Of a stretch of DNA of 25,365 nucleotides, positions 8,790 to 17,684 are shown one piece after another. Every line of letters begins with the position of its first letter. The stretch's first letter is position 1. The translations under genes and the position numbers were made by a program. Source of the DNA: a virus (Duplodnaviria; Caudoviricetes); the IMG/VR virus record IMGVR_UViG_3300005611_000177, positions 1-25,365 of that record. One strand, given 5' to 3'. The notes below the pieces were generated by a model. It was given only the letters and a program-made list of their open reading frames with translations. It was not told the DNA's origin and made no database searches.

Positions 8790-9454
8790 CGACGCCCCCC
8801 TCGAGGAATCCCTGGGAATCCGCCGAACCTCGCCGGGTGCTGACGCTCCAGACCGTTTGCTACCTCGTCGTCCCCTCTCTCTTCGCACGCCTCGAGCGTG
8901 TAGGTGCAGTCGTTGAAGCTCCCGAGGTTGATGTTGTACCCGCACTCGAGACTTCCGAAAATCCAACGACACCTTCTCCTTGAGTAGAGGAACCTGGGCA
9001 GCCTCGCCCGGAACAGGTTGTAGGCAGAGAGCTCGACGGTCACGACCTCGTGGTTCATCGTCGCAGCGATGATCCGGGCCTCCTCGATCACCGCCGCGTT
9101 GCCGTCGTCGAGCGCACGGCTGCTAACGATGATGACCTTCGCCCTCATGTTGATGAGGCCGTCGTTGTCGTCGATCACCGAGGTCAGCCAGTACGCGCCT
9201 CCGGTGGCGAGGCTGACCTTGATCGTCGGCAGACCGCCCTCGCCGTCCTGGTCGATGCCGCTGTGGGCGATAGGCGCGGGATAGTAGACCAGCGGGTCGC
9301 CGCTCTCATCCTCGCCGAACTCGACCTTCTCAGGGTAGTTGGTCAGGCGATACCGCTCGCCGGTCGGCACCTCGAACTCGAAGAGCCAGATGAACGGGTC
9401 CTCGGACTCGAGCTGGTTCTTGTGCTCCGTCGTCAGGTTGTCGAGGTTCTTCAC
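8786..9454 (-). CDS. Minor tail protein, lambda gpL-like (hub component; probable 4Fe-4S cluster)
   Basis: C-terminal CRWIFGSLECGY...C...C...FGGFPGIP signature with four Cys; lies between the distal tail and NlpC genes. Confidence 0.9.
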   Translation of the reverse strand: MKNLDNLTTEHKNQLESEDPFIWLFEFEVPTGERYRLTNYPEKVEFGEDESGDPLVYYPAPIAHSGIDQDGEGGLPTIKVSLATGGAYWLTSVIDDNDGLINMRAKVIIVSSRALDDGNAAVIEEARIIAATMNHEVVTVELSAYNLFRARLPRFLYSRRRCRWIFGSLECGYNINLGSFNDCTYTLEACEERGDDEVANGLERQHPARFGGFPGIPRGGRR

Positions 9455-9465
9455 CGCGTCGTCTC

Positions 9466-11637
9466 CTACGGGTTGAAGGTGGAAGCGTCGAAGACCTCGA
9501 CGAGCTCGAAGCGGAAGTCCTCGGCACCGCTGCCCACCGCCGTCCGCATCTTACTGGCGAAGGTCGGCGACGCGAAGCGCACCGCGACCGTCTCGCCCGT
9601 CGCCTTGTAGGTCCAGTCGAACGGGATCTCGCTGCCCTTGTGGGCCTCGAAGAACTCAAGCAGGCTCTTCCGGTCGGCGTGCGTCGCCGCGAGGGCCTGG
9701 ACCTTCCAGACCCGACGCTTCTTCCGGAAGACGGGCATCGTCTGCCGGTGCCCGGTGTCGAACTCGATGTCCGCGATCTGGAAGTCGTGCATCTCGTCGA
9801 CCGGCCACGACAGTGGCAGCTCGAGGGTTCCGGTCTTTCCCTGCGTCTCCGGGTCCAGCGGCACCGTCGCCTGCTCGTTGCCGTCCTGGTCGTCGGGCGG
9901 ATCCGACGGGGGCTCGTCGGTGAAGCTGTCCACCGTCATCAGGCCCGACGCGTTGAAGGTTTCGACCATCGCGTACATGCCGAAGAGCAGCCCGTTCGAG
10001 GTCGCGTCGCTGCGCCGGTCGAAGAGCCAGTCGTCCTCGACCGCCAGCCCGTTGATCGAGGCCGCGACAGGCGTGACCGCCGAGCCGTCGATGTAGAACT
10101 TCAATGCGACATCCCCGCCCTCGCCGAAGGCGTCGGTGTCGAAGTTCCGGACCTCGACGGCGAAGGTGAACTGGGTGCCCAGGGCCAGGCCCGAGAGCGT
10201 CCGGCTGGCGATCAGGGTCGCCGCGTAGTTCGTCGCCGCGCTGCCGTTGTGGTGGTAGACCTTGAGCCGGAAGGTGTCGGTCGCGCCCCCGACATGCTCG
10301 TATTCGATGTAGGCCCTGTATCCGGCCCTGTAGCGGCTCTCGATCGTGGACTCGGAGGTCGAGCCGTCCAGACGCGCCAGGGTCGCCACAGAGCCTCTCA
10401 GGTGCATTCCCAGGGCTCGTGTCTCACGGGGCGCGGTGGCCGTGCTCAGGAAGGTCGCCGTGACCTTCTTGTGCTGCTGCGGCGAGCTCGCCGGGCACTG
10501 CGAGAAGTACCAGCCGTAGCGCTGCTGGGTGCCGCCGTAGACCCCGGTCGGGTCGATCCCGAGCACCAGGCGGTCGTTGCCCGAATCGGCAAGGAGGTGC
10601 CCGCGATGCGTGCTCGCGGCGAAGCTGTGGCAGCCCATCATGTCGCCGGTGTAGGCGGCAGCGAGGGTCCGGCTGTCGAGGCTCGAGGACCAGACCGTCG
10701 TGTTCGTGTCCTCGTCCGTGTGGACATTCTGGAACGGAGCGCCGAACAGGCCGCGCTGCCAGAGCTCGCGGAGGTGCAGGGTCGAGCCGGCAGCGTCCCG
10801 GATCCGCAGCGACTTGAGCTGCGTCACGACTTGGGTCGTCTGGCCGTTGAGGTTTGTGTATTCGTAGGGAGCCGCGCCGACAGCGCCCCAGCGCCCAGCC
10901 GCCGTGATCGGGGAGCTCGAGTCGCTGTGGTCGAAGACCAGCGTCTCCTCGAAGCTCTGGCCCACGAGCACCGGCCCGGAGTTGATGATCTTCCGGTAGC
11001 ACTGGATCCGCGTCGGGCTCGAGCCCGTGATGACCATCCGCATCCTGCGCGGCTGGCCGGCGTCCGTGACCCCAGGCCGGAAGTTCTCGAAGTCCGACAG
11101 CGGCGAGTCCTCGAGGACCGTCACCGTGCCGCCGCTGACCTTGTAGAGCACCAGGCCGGCGTCCTCGCCAGCCTTCTTCACCTGCATGAAGTAGTAGCCG
11201 TCGGGCACCGAGTGGTACTCATCGACAGCCGTCGCACCGCCAGGCGTCGTCAGCGTGCCGCCCGAGACTCGACCGCAGACGCCGACGCAGTGGAACGCCT
11301 CGTAGTCGAGCCCGCCGCTCTGCTCGTACATCGCGGGCAGGATCATCACCTCGCCGTCGGCAATGTAGGTCTCCCGCTCGACGAACGCCGAGACATCGTT
11401 GCCGGCGCTGCTCGCCCCGAAGGGCATGAAGGCCGCGCCGAATGACGGGCCGCTGTATTGGTAGCCGAAGAACTGGTACTTCGGCAGACGCGGCTCGCCG
11501 CCCTCCGGGGCCGGCACGAGGTCGTAGTCCGTCAGCGTCGTGGCCCAGGGCTTGACCCGCAGATACCGACGCACGCCCGTCCCGTAGGCGGTCGCGCCTT
11601 CGGTGAAGGTGTCGTCGAGGGGCCAGACCTGGTTCAT
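9466..11637 (-). CDS. Distal tail protein (gpM/DUF2460-like C-terminal domain) with a ~590-aa N-terminal beta-rich extension
   Basis: ATGA-coupled to the tape measure gene. The last ~120 aa read EFDTGHRQT...RRVW...LLEFFEAHKGSEIPFDWT...VRF...ELVEV, typical of gpM/DUF2460. Confidence 0.82.
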   Translation of the reverse strand: MNQVWPLDDTFTEGATAYGTGVRRYLRVKPWATTLTDYDLVPAPEGGEPRLPKYQFFGYQYSGPSFGAAFMPFGASSAGNDVSAFVERETYIADGEVMILPAMYEQSGGLDYEAFHCVGVCGRVSGGTLTTPGGATAVDEYHSVPDGYYFMQVKKAGEDAGLVLYKVSGGTVTVLEDSPLSDFENFRPGVTDAGQPRRMRMVITGSSPTRIQCYRKIINSGPVLVGQSFEETLVFDHSDSSSPITAAGRWGAVGAAPYEYTNLNGQTTQVVTQLKSLRIRDAAGSTLHLRELWQRGLFGAPFQNVHTDEDTNTTVWSSSLDSRTLAAAYTGDMMGCHSFAASTHRGHLLADSGNDRLVLGIDPTGVYGGTQQRYGWYFSQCPASSPQQHKKVTATFLSTATAPRETRALGMHLRGSVATLARLDGSTSESTIESRYRAGYRAYIEYEHVGGATDTFRLKVYHHNGSAATNYAATLIASRTLSGLALGTQFTFAVEVRNFDTDAFGEGGDVALKFYIDGSAVTPVAASINGLAVEDDWLFDRRSDATSNGLLFGMYAMVETFNASGLMTVDSFTDEPPSDPPDDQDGNEQATVPLDPETQGKTGTLELPLSWPVDEMHDFQIADIEFDTGHRQTMPVFRKKRRVWKVQALAATHADRKSLLEFFEAHKGSEIPFDWTYKATGETVAVRFASPTFASKMRTAVGSGAEDFRFELVEVFDASTFNP

Positions 11638-14600
11638 CGGCGCGACGCTCCTCGGACGCCCTCGAGCAGCGTCCTGTCGGATCCCTCACGCAGCGCCCCG
11701 GCGATCTCCTTGCGGATCAGCGGCATCTGCGCGAGCACGACATCGGCAGCGCCTCGAGGGTCGAGGCTCTGGACCGACAGGTTGACGGTCACTTCCTGAG
11801 CACCGCCGTCCATCTTGACCGGGATCCGGGCTCCGTCGGGCAGCGGGACGAACGCCTCCGCGCCACGACCTTCGCCGAAGACCGCGAGCTGCGGAGTCCG
11901 AGCGATGCCGCCCGTGGCGTACTGCTGGACCGGCAGATCCATCGCGCCCGGCATGATGCCGCCCTTGGCGAAGGCCCGGATCGTGTCCTCACGCCGGCCC
12001 GGCATGATGCCGCCCTTGGCGAAGGCGTGGAGCTCGCTGCCGACATCCTCGAGCAGTCCGCCCTTGGCGAACATCTTGAGCTCGTCGGCGTGCGCCTTCA
12101 TCGTCCGCTCGCCCTTCATCACGCCGCCCTTCTCGAAGTAGAAGGTGCCGTTCGTACCACCGTCGCCCTTCGTGACGCCGGGCGCATCGCCGGAGGCCAT
12201 CGAACCGACGCCCGTGAAGACGCCGCCCTTTGCCGCTCCGGGTGCGCCAAGTCCGAGGAAGGATCCGAATGCGGTTCCGCCGAACAGCAGCGTGAGGCTC
12301 TTGAGGACCAGCGCCTGGACGATCATCTGCGCGATGCCCTGGAGGAAGGCGTCGCGGAAGTCGGCGAAGCTCGCCTCGCTGTCCACGAAGCTCCGAGATA
12401 GGCCCGCAACGAGTTGCTGGAACTGCTGCTCGAGGCCGAGCTGTAGCTGCACCGCGATGGCCTGGTCGCCGAGAGCCTCGCCGAAGGCGCGGACAGCATC
12501 CTCCTTGGCCTTGGCGTTCTCAGCCGCCTTCTTGTCGCGCTCCTCGAGCTTGCCGAGGAGATCGAGCTCCTGTTGCAGGAGAGTCTGGCTCTCGCGGCTT
12601 GCGTTCGCCCGCTCGATGGCCGCCTCGCGCAAGCTGTCGTAGTAGTCCGTGACCTTGGCCTCGGCCTCGTCAAAGGTGCCGGCCAGGATCGCGTTGAGGG
12701 TCTGCACCTCCTCGGTCTGCTCGCTGATGTCGAGGAACCCCAGCAGCGGATCCTTGGCAGGCACGAAGTCCTCCGCAGCCTTGGCGAGCGCACGGTTGAA
12801 CGCCAGCCCAGCCTTAGCGCCGGCGGCGGATGCAGACTGCTCGATGGCCGGGTCATTGAGGTTAGCCGAAATAGCAGCCAGCAACTCGCCACGAGCAGCC
12901 GTATCGTTCGTCGCCTCGATCAGCGCCAGCAGCGGATCAGTCGCGGGATCATAGGCTTCGAGCTCGCGGTCGAGGTTCTCCAGGATTGGATCGACAGCGA
13001 TGCTGAAGTTGGGATCGACCCGGAAGAAGTCCGACACCCTGAGCTCGATCTTTCGACCCTCGCCCTCGAAGGCTTCGCCAGCAGCGCGACCGATGTCGCC
13101 GACTGCTCGAACCACATCCTCTCGCGCCTGCTCGAGGGCTTGAATCCCACGGTCGAGGCCAGTCAGCTCGTCGAGCCGGATGAATGCCGCGTCGAGATCG
13201 AGGATGCCGCTCTCCGCTTTCCGCGCAGCATCAGCCAGCGCATTACGCAGAGCATCGGCATCGACGCCCGATACGAGCTCCTGCCAGATCAGGCGGATCT
13301 TGTTCGGATCGACATCCTCTGCGAACCGGACGATGTTGCCGGCCTCGAGGCTGATGTCGATGCCGCGCTTTCTCAGGAAGTCGACATAGCCGTCCAGGCT
13401 GAATCCGATCACCTCCCGCAGCAGACCGAGCTCGTTGGCGACTTCGAGGCGTGCCTGCGTCAGGTCAATGCCTTCGAGCGGTGCCTCGACAGCGCGGACG
13501 AAGGACTCAACGGACAGGGCCGTCGATCCGTCGTCGATCAGGCGCTGGGCCTGCTCCGTGATGTCCTCGAAGGGCTTGCTGCGGAGCTTGACCGCCAGCA
13601 GCGCAGACCCTCGCTCGAGGCTCTCGCCGAAGTTGCCGATCAGCGCATCGCCGATCGTGCTACCGATCTGCCCAGCCAGGCGCACGAGCGCCTCCGCGCC
13701 GGCGACCAGGACAGCAGGCACCTCCGCCAGGGCACGGCGGAAGGCTTCGGCGTACTGCGGCGTCTTCTCAAGCTCTCCTCGGAACGCAGACACGAGGCGA
13801 TCTGCACCGCCGAAGTTGTCCACGAACTCCTTGGCGGTCGTAGCGATGCCACCGAGAGCTCGAATGAAGAGCCCCGTGACCTGCGACGCGCCGGCGAAGC
13901 CGACCTTGATGAGCTCGACGACGCCATCGACGCCACCGAGCTCCTCGAGCACATCCCGCGTCGCAGCGACGAGCTCCTGGCCGAAGACGACCTCAAGGTC
14001 TTTGGCCGCGCCACGGATGCCCTTGATCGTGTTGGCGAAGCTGTCCGCAGTCCGAGCCGCGTCGCCCTGGGCGTCCGTCGTGTCGGCGTAAAGCGCGAGG
14101 ATCCGGGTCAGCACCTTCTGCTGCTGGGTCAACTCCGCGCCAGCGTCCGCGATCCCGTTCTGGTAGGCGAGCTGCTTGAGCCGCGCCTCGTCGAGCAGCA
14201 CGCCGTACTTCCGCACCGCCTCCGTCTCGCCCACCAGGGCAGACTGGAAGTTGCGGATCACATCGACATCCTGCGCGTTGTTGAAGCTGGCGACATCCAC
14301 CGCGAGCTTCACCATCTCCGTGCTCAGGTCCGCTGCCGCCTCGCGGCTCAGGCCCATCGGCACGAAGAGATCCTGGAAGCTCGAGGCCGCCGTCACGAGC
14401 TCGACCTGGCTCCGACGGACGACGCTGCTCAGGTTCTCGAAGTCCTCCGCGACGCGCACGGCCTCGTCGCCGAAGACCACGCCGAACTTCGCAGCAGCCT
14501 CCTCGAACTCCGATGCGGCCTGGATGAACCCGAGCCCGGTGCCGACCGTCCGACGGATGCCCTCGAACGCAGCAGCGACGCCGATGATGCCCGTCGCCAG

Positions 14601-14810
14601 CTTCGCGATGCTGATCCTGGTCCGGTTGGACTTTCCCTCGAAGTCCTTGAGCTCGCGGCCAGCACGGTCGGCGGCGACCTGGATCTTGACGAACGCCTCG
14701 CGGCCCTCGCGCCCAGTCTGATCGAGCTCGCGCTGGGCCTTGTCCAGCGGCCTGGTCGCGTCGTCCTGGACGGTCAGCCTGACCGTGATCTCGTTCGCCT
14801 GGATCGCCAT
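11634..14810 (-). CDS. Tail tape measure protein (1058 aa)
   Basis: Long Ala/Leu/Glu-rich helical ORF following the chaperone genes. Motifs: KFGVVFG, LAVDVASFNN, SALVGETEAVRKYGV, AQGDAARTADSFAN; C-terminal GEGRGAEAFVPLPDG. Confidence 0.95.
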   Translation of the reverse strand: MAIQANEITVRLTVQDDATRPLDKAQRELDQTGREGREAFVKIQVAADRAGRELKDFEGKSNRTRISIAKLATGIIGVAAAFEGIRRTVGTGLGFIQAASEFEEAAAKFGVVFGDEAVRVAEDFENLSSVVRRSQVELVTAASSFQDLFVPMGLSREAAADLSTEMVKLAVDVASFNNAQDVDVIRNFQSALVGETEAVRKYGVLLDEARLKQLAYQNGIADAGAELTQQQKVLTRILALYADTTDAQGDAARTADSFANTIKGIRGAAKDLEVVFGQELVAATRDVLEELGGVDGVVELIKVGFAGASQVTGLFIRALGGIATTAKEFVDNFGGADRLVSAFRGELEKTPQYAEAFRRALAEVPAVLVAGAEALVRLAGQIGSTIGDALIGNFGESLERGSALLAVKLRSKPFEDITEQAQRLIDDGSTALSVESFVRAVEAPLEGIDLTQARLEVANELGLLREVIGFSLDGYVDFLRKRGIDISLEAGNIVRFAEDVDPNKIRLIWQELVSGVDADALRNALADAARKAESGILDLDAAFIRLDELTGLDRGIQALEQAREDVVRAVGDIGRAAGEAFEGEGRKIELRVSDFFRVDPNFSIAVDPILENLDRELEAYDPATDPLLALIEATNDTAARGELLAAISANLNDPAIEQSASAAGAKAGLAFNRALAKAAEDFVPAKDPLLGFLDISEQTEEVQTLNAILAGTFDEAEAKVTDYYDSLREAAIERANASRESQTLLQQELDLLGKLEERDKKAAENAKAKEDAVRAFGEALGDQAIAVQLQLGLEQQFQQLVAGLSRSFVDSEASFADFRDAFLQGIAQMIVQALVLKSLTLLFGGTAFGSFLGLGAPGAAKGGVFTGVGSMASGDAPGVTKGDGGTNGTFYFEKGGVMKGERTMKAHADELKMFAKGGLLEDVGSELHAFAKGGIMPGRREDTIRAFAKGGIMPGAMDLPVQQYATGGIARTPQLAVFGEGRGAEAFVPLPDGARIPVKMDGGAQEVTVNLSVQSLDPRGAADVVLAQMPLIRKEIAGALREGSDRTLLEGVRGASRR
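11946..12071. repeat. Direct repeat in the tape measure 3' region (FAKGGIMPG units)
   Basis: GCCCGGCATGATGCCGCCCTTGGCGAAGGC is identical at 11946-11975 and 11997-12026; a partial copy CCGCCCTTGGCGAA lies at 12058-12071. Confidence 0.9.
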
Positions 14811-14813
14811 GCC

Positions 14814-15299
14814 TTACCTCTTCTTCGACCTCATCGCCTTGAGCCTCTCCTGCTCTTGGCGCTCGGCCTCGACGCGGTGGATCTCGCCCTCGAAGGTCGA
14901 GACGAACTGGAGGAAGGACGGGCTCTGGTTCATCATCCCGCCGTCCTCTGGAAGCACGCCGCGTCGGACCCAGGACAGCGCGTCCAGCGCCATCGAGATC
15001 CTCGGCGTCATCTGAGAACGCGGGCAGCGACGCTGCGGGATGTAGCCGATGTAGCGGCCCTCCCCGCAGCGGTCGCACTTGCCGCCACTCTCAGGATCGG
15101 TGCCTGAGCCGTCGCACCTCGTGCAGGTGATCGCGTACTGCTCCGCACCCTCGGGACAATCAGCGTCGCAGCCCATTCGGAGCCGGACGCTGCGCTTGTC
15201 GCGGTCGAGGAGTTCGGGGTTCGCGGTCATGCCTCCACAAGTCTCCGGGCACCTTGGTAGGTCCTGCTCTGCTAGACCTCGGGCGACGGCTCGGACTTT
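14814..15299 (-). CDS. Tail assembly chaperone gpT-like segment (C-terminal part of the G-T frameshift fusion), Cys-rich
   Basis: The -1 frame is open from 15299 (KVRAVARGLAEQDLPRCPETCGGMTANPE...) to the TAA at 14814. It contains GVLPEDGGMMNQSPSF, a pre-tape-measure chaperone-like motif. Confidence 0.8.
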   Translation of the reverse strand, partial: KVRAVARGLAEQDLPRCPETCGGMTANPELLDRDKRSVRLRMGCDADCPEGAEQYAITCTRCDGSGTDPESGGKCDRCGEGRYIGYIPQRRCPRSQMTPRISMALDALSWVRRGVLPEDGGMMNQSPSFLQFVSTFEGEIHRVEAERQEQERLKAMRSKKR

Positions 15300-15640
15300 T
15301 CCACTTCGTCGTCCTCGAGCTCGCCGCCACGCACGACAGCGCCCGCGATCTCGAGGATGATCTGCCAGGGGATGCGCTCGAGGAACTCGTCGTCAGCCCT
15401 GCCCGATGCGTCCTTCTTGAACGCCACCGGCTTGCCGTCTCCGTCGAGCAGGTTGTCCACGCCGATCAGCGCGGTCTTCACGATGTCGAAGGCCTTGGAG
15501 CCGAAGCCCTTGCCCTCGTCGAACAGGCCCATCCGCTCACGCTGCTTGAGGTCGCGGAGCTTGAAGATCGTAGGGTTGTCCGTCTCGCGGTCGGACTCGG
15601 CGATGTAGTTCCACTCGCCTCGGGGTGTGATTGCCAGCAT
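15272..15640 (-). CDS. Tail assembly chaperone gpG-like (122 aa)
   Basis: ATG 15640 with AAGGAG RBS (MLAITPRGEW...); lies between tail tube and tape measure; ends ...DEVEKSEPSPEV* with a slippery site in the E-K codons. Confidence 0.85.
   Translation of the reverse strand: MLAITPRGEWNYIAESDRETDNPTIFKLRDLKQRERMGLFDEGKGFGSKAFDIVKTALIGVDNLLDGDGKPVAFKKDASGRADDEFLERIPWQIILEIAGAVVRGGELEDDEVEKSEPSPEV
15296..15302 (-). promoter_or_regulatory. Putative -1 programmed ribosomal frameshift site G GAA AAG
   Basis: Minus strand reads GTG GAA AAG TCC, 8 codons before the gpG stop. A -1 slip enters the open frame of the downstream ORF, as in lambda G/GT (GGGAAAG). Confidence 0.75.
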
Positions 15641-15663
15641 GGTTCGTCTCCTTGCAGTCAGGG

Positions 15664-15700
15664 TAAAGGCGCGACGGAGCCCCATGCCCCGCCGCGCCCT
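15664..15700 (-). terminator. Terminator-like hairpin after the tail tube gene
   Basis: Minus strand GGCGCGGCGGGGC-ATGGG-GCTCCGTCGCGCC (13 bp with 2 G-U pairs) followed by TTTA, just after tandem TGA TGA stops. Confidence 0.65.
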
Positions 15701-15706
15701 AGGTCA

Positions 15707-17203
15707 TCAGCTCACATGGTAGAGCAGCACCAGCTCGTTGTCCCCGCCGTACACATCGAGCTGCGTACCGCCGCCGGCGACATTGTGGTGGTAGCCGCCG
15801 GTCAGGTTGAACGGCAGGTCGTAGGTCGCGATGCCGTCCCGATCACCGTAGCTCTGCCCGGTGAACTGGACGCCAGGCATGAAGAAGGTGAAGCGGTTGC
15901 CGTCGCTCGAACCGACAGGCACCCGGAGGCGCGTCGTCGTGCCGTTCTTGAGGTACGACAGCCACGGGATGTCGGCCTCAAGCGTGACCTCCGGGTCCAT
16001 CGAGCCGGTGCCGGCACGAGCGGTGCCCAGCACCTCCTCAAGCCCGGTCGAAGCCGCAGCGCAGCGACGATCGGACAGCGTGACGCCGAGGTCCAGGGAC
16101 AGCGCCGTCAGGCAGGGCTCGAGCTCGTCGGCGAGATCGGCAAGGGCCGAGGTCTCGTTGCCGGCGTAGCCGATCGCGCTGCCCTGCCAGATCGGAGGCG
16201 AGGCAGGAGCGTCAGCCGACACGCCTGCGATCAGCGCCTGGTCGTCGGTGCTGTTCAGCGAACCCCGGAAGGTGAAGCTCGCCGTCACCGGACGGTTCAC
16301 CTCGAAGTTGAAGCTGACCGAGCCACGAGCACCGGCGACCGTGATCGCCTGCCCGTCCTCGATGAAGCGCATCGAGAGGCTAGGGAACTCGGTGAACTGC
16401 TCCGCCGGAGTCGCGTTGACCGCGAACCCAGCGGCGGAACCCGCCGTCGGCTCGTAGATGATGGTCAGCGTCTCGCCGCCAGTGAAGGCACCACCGCGCA
16501 CCGGGTAGAACTTGAGAGCGCCGGCAGAAGTCAGGTCTTCCGCGACGACGGCCCTCGAGCCGCTGGTCGCGCCCTCGATCAGGGAGCCCTTGTAGACCGT
16601 GCCGCTGGTCAGCGCAGCGGTGAGCTGCTTGACGACATTGGAGACGGGCATGAAGGCGTAGCCCTCGTTGGTCGTCGCGCTCGAGGTCGTAGCCGTAGCG
16701 CCAGAGCTCTGCCCGGTCAGCGTCTCGCCACTTCCAATCGTCGTGCCGAGGACTTCGTAGTAGATCTCCGTCGAGCCGTTGTGGGTATCGAAGATCACAC
16801 GACCAGCGCCAGATCCAGCGGTCGAGGCATCAAGGAGCTCGCCGTGCTGGAAGGGACCGCCAGTGATCGCGCCAATCGCGATGCGACGGGCGGTTGCCAC
16901 GCGCATCCCGCAGCCCTCGAGCAGTCGGCCCCAGAGAGGGTAGCCGGCGGCAAAGGTGCCCGCGCTCGTGCCGGCGATCTCGGTGGTCAGGGTCAGGCCC
17001 GCAGCCTGCTGGCCGGGGCTGCTCTTCACCGGAGTCAGAGACTCGCGGAGAATGTTGCGCTCAACGGCCTCGATGTCGAGGGTCGCAGACGCATCGGTCA
17101 GAACGAAGCCGGCGTTCGCCGCCGTGGTCAGTCCAGAGGCGAGGGTGCCGCCGACAGTCTCCTCGACCGCGACGACCTGACGCCGTTTGCTCAAAAGAGG
17201 CAT
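15707..17203 (-). CDS. Major tail tube protein with two inserted domains (498 aa)
   Basis: ATG 17203 with AGGAAGGA RBS. Motifs: MPLLSKRRQVVAVEE...G, LLEGCGM, GARGSVSF, MDPE, GNRFTF..P.VQ...YGDRDGI...DNELVL, typical of a siphophage tube family; lies between terminator and chaperones. Confidence 0.88.
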   Translation of the reverse strand: MPLLSKRRQVVAVEETVGGTLASGLTTAANAGFVLTDASATLDIEAVERNILRESLTPVKSSPGQQAAGLTLTTEIAGTSAGTFAAGYPLWGRLLEGCGMRVATARRIAIGAITGGPFQHGELLDASTAGSGAGRVIFDTHNGSTEIYYEVLGTTIGSGETLTGQSSGATATTSSATTNEGYAFMPVSNVVKQLTAALTSGTVYKGSLIEGATSGSRAVVAEDLTSAGALKFYPVRGGAFTGGETLTIIYEPTAGSAAGFAVNATPAEQFTEFPSLSMRFIEDGQAITVAGARGSVSFNFEVNRPVTASFTFRGSLNSTDDQALIAGVSADAPASPPIWQGSAIGYAGNETSALADLADELEPCLTALSLDLGVTLSDRRCAAASTGLEEVLGTARAGTGSMDPEVTLEADIPWLSYLKNGTTTRLRVPVGSSDGNRFTFFMPGVQFTGQSYGDRDGIATYDLPFNLTGGYHHNVAGGGTQLDVYGGDNELVLLYHVS

Positions 17204-17213
17204 GGAGTCCTTC

Positions 17214-17684
17214 CTAGTTGGTGGGGTTGAGGAAATCGTGCCGATAGGCAACTCGCAGCGAAACCGATCCCACTGCGATGTTCGAGTCGATGATCTCGGG
17301 CAGGTCTTCGCCCACGAGGTCGATGTAGACAGCTTGGCCCGAGAGCTGGAAGTCCGCGTTGACCGCAGCCTTGATGTCGGCCAGCAGCCACTGGATCGAC
17401 TTGCGCCACGCCGTCGAACCAGGGATCACGCGCACCGCTCCGTAGACCGTCACATCCATCACATTCTGGATGCGCTGGCAGGTCAGGTACTTGTCCACGA
17501 GATCCTTCTCCGGGACGATCACGATGGCCGGCAGCGAGCGACCGAGCTGGATCTCCTGCCCGCCGAAGACCTCCGCACGACGGACATCGTGGTGGTACGA
17601 CGGAGTGGCGATCGCCTCCATGTTGGCACGCAGCGCCTCGAGCACATCGTGCTTGATCGGATCGCCGTCGCTCGGGTACGCCAT
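17214..17684 (-). CDS. Tail terminator/completion protein (156 aa)
   Basis: Immediately upstream of the tube gene. Pattern: L.A.MEAI...Y...V...LPAIVIVP...LLADIKAAV..D..L.G.A...V.YRH...P. Confidence 0.8.
   Translation of the reverse strand: MAYPSDGDPIKHDVLEALRANMEAIATPSYHHDVRRAEVFGGQEIQLGRSLPAIVIVPEKDLVDKYLTCQRIQNVMDVTVYGAVRVIPGSTAWRKSIQWLLADIKAAVNADFQLSGQAVYIDLVGEDLPEIIDSNIAVGSVSLRVAYRHDFLNPTN

Noticed and set aside
11946-12071. 30-bp direct repeats as a mini-CRISPR
   Set aside because: Only two full copies, separated by 21 bp, in frame within the tape measure gene; no cas genes.
2896-17230. Very long plus-strand ORFs (1001, 826, 601, 844 and 658 aa)
   Set aside because: They are antisense shadows of GC3-biased minus-strand genes, with Arg/Val-rich low-information sequence, no motifs and no RBS.
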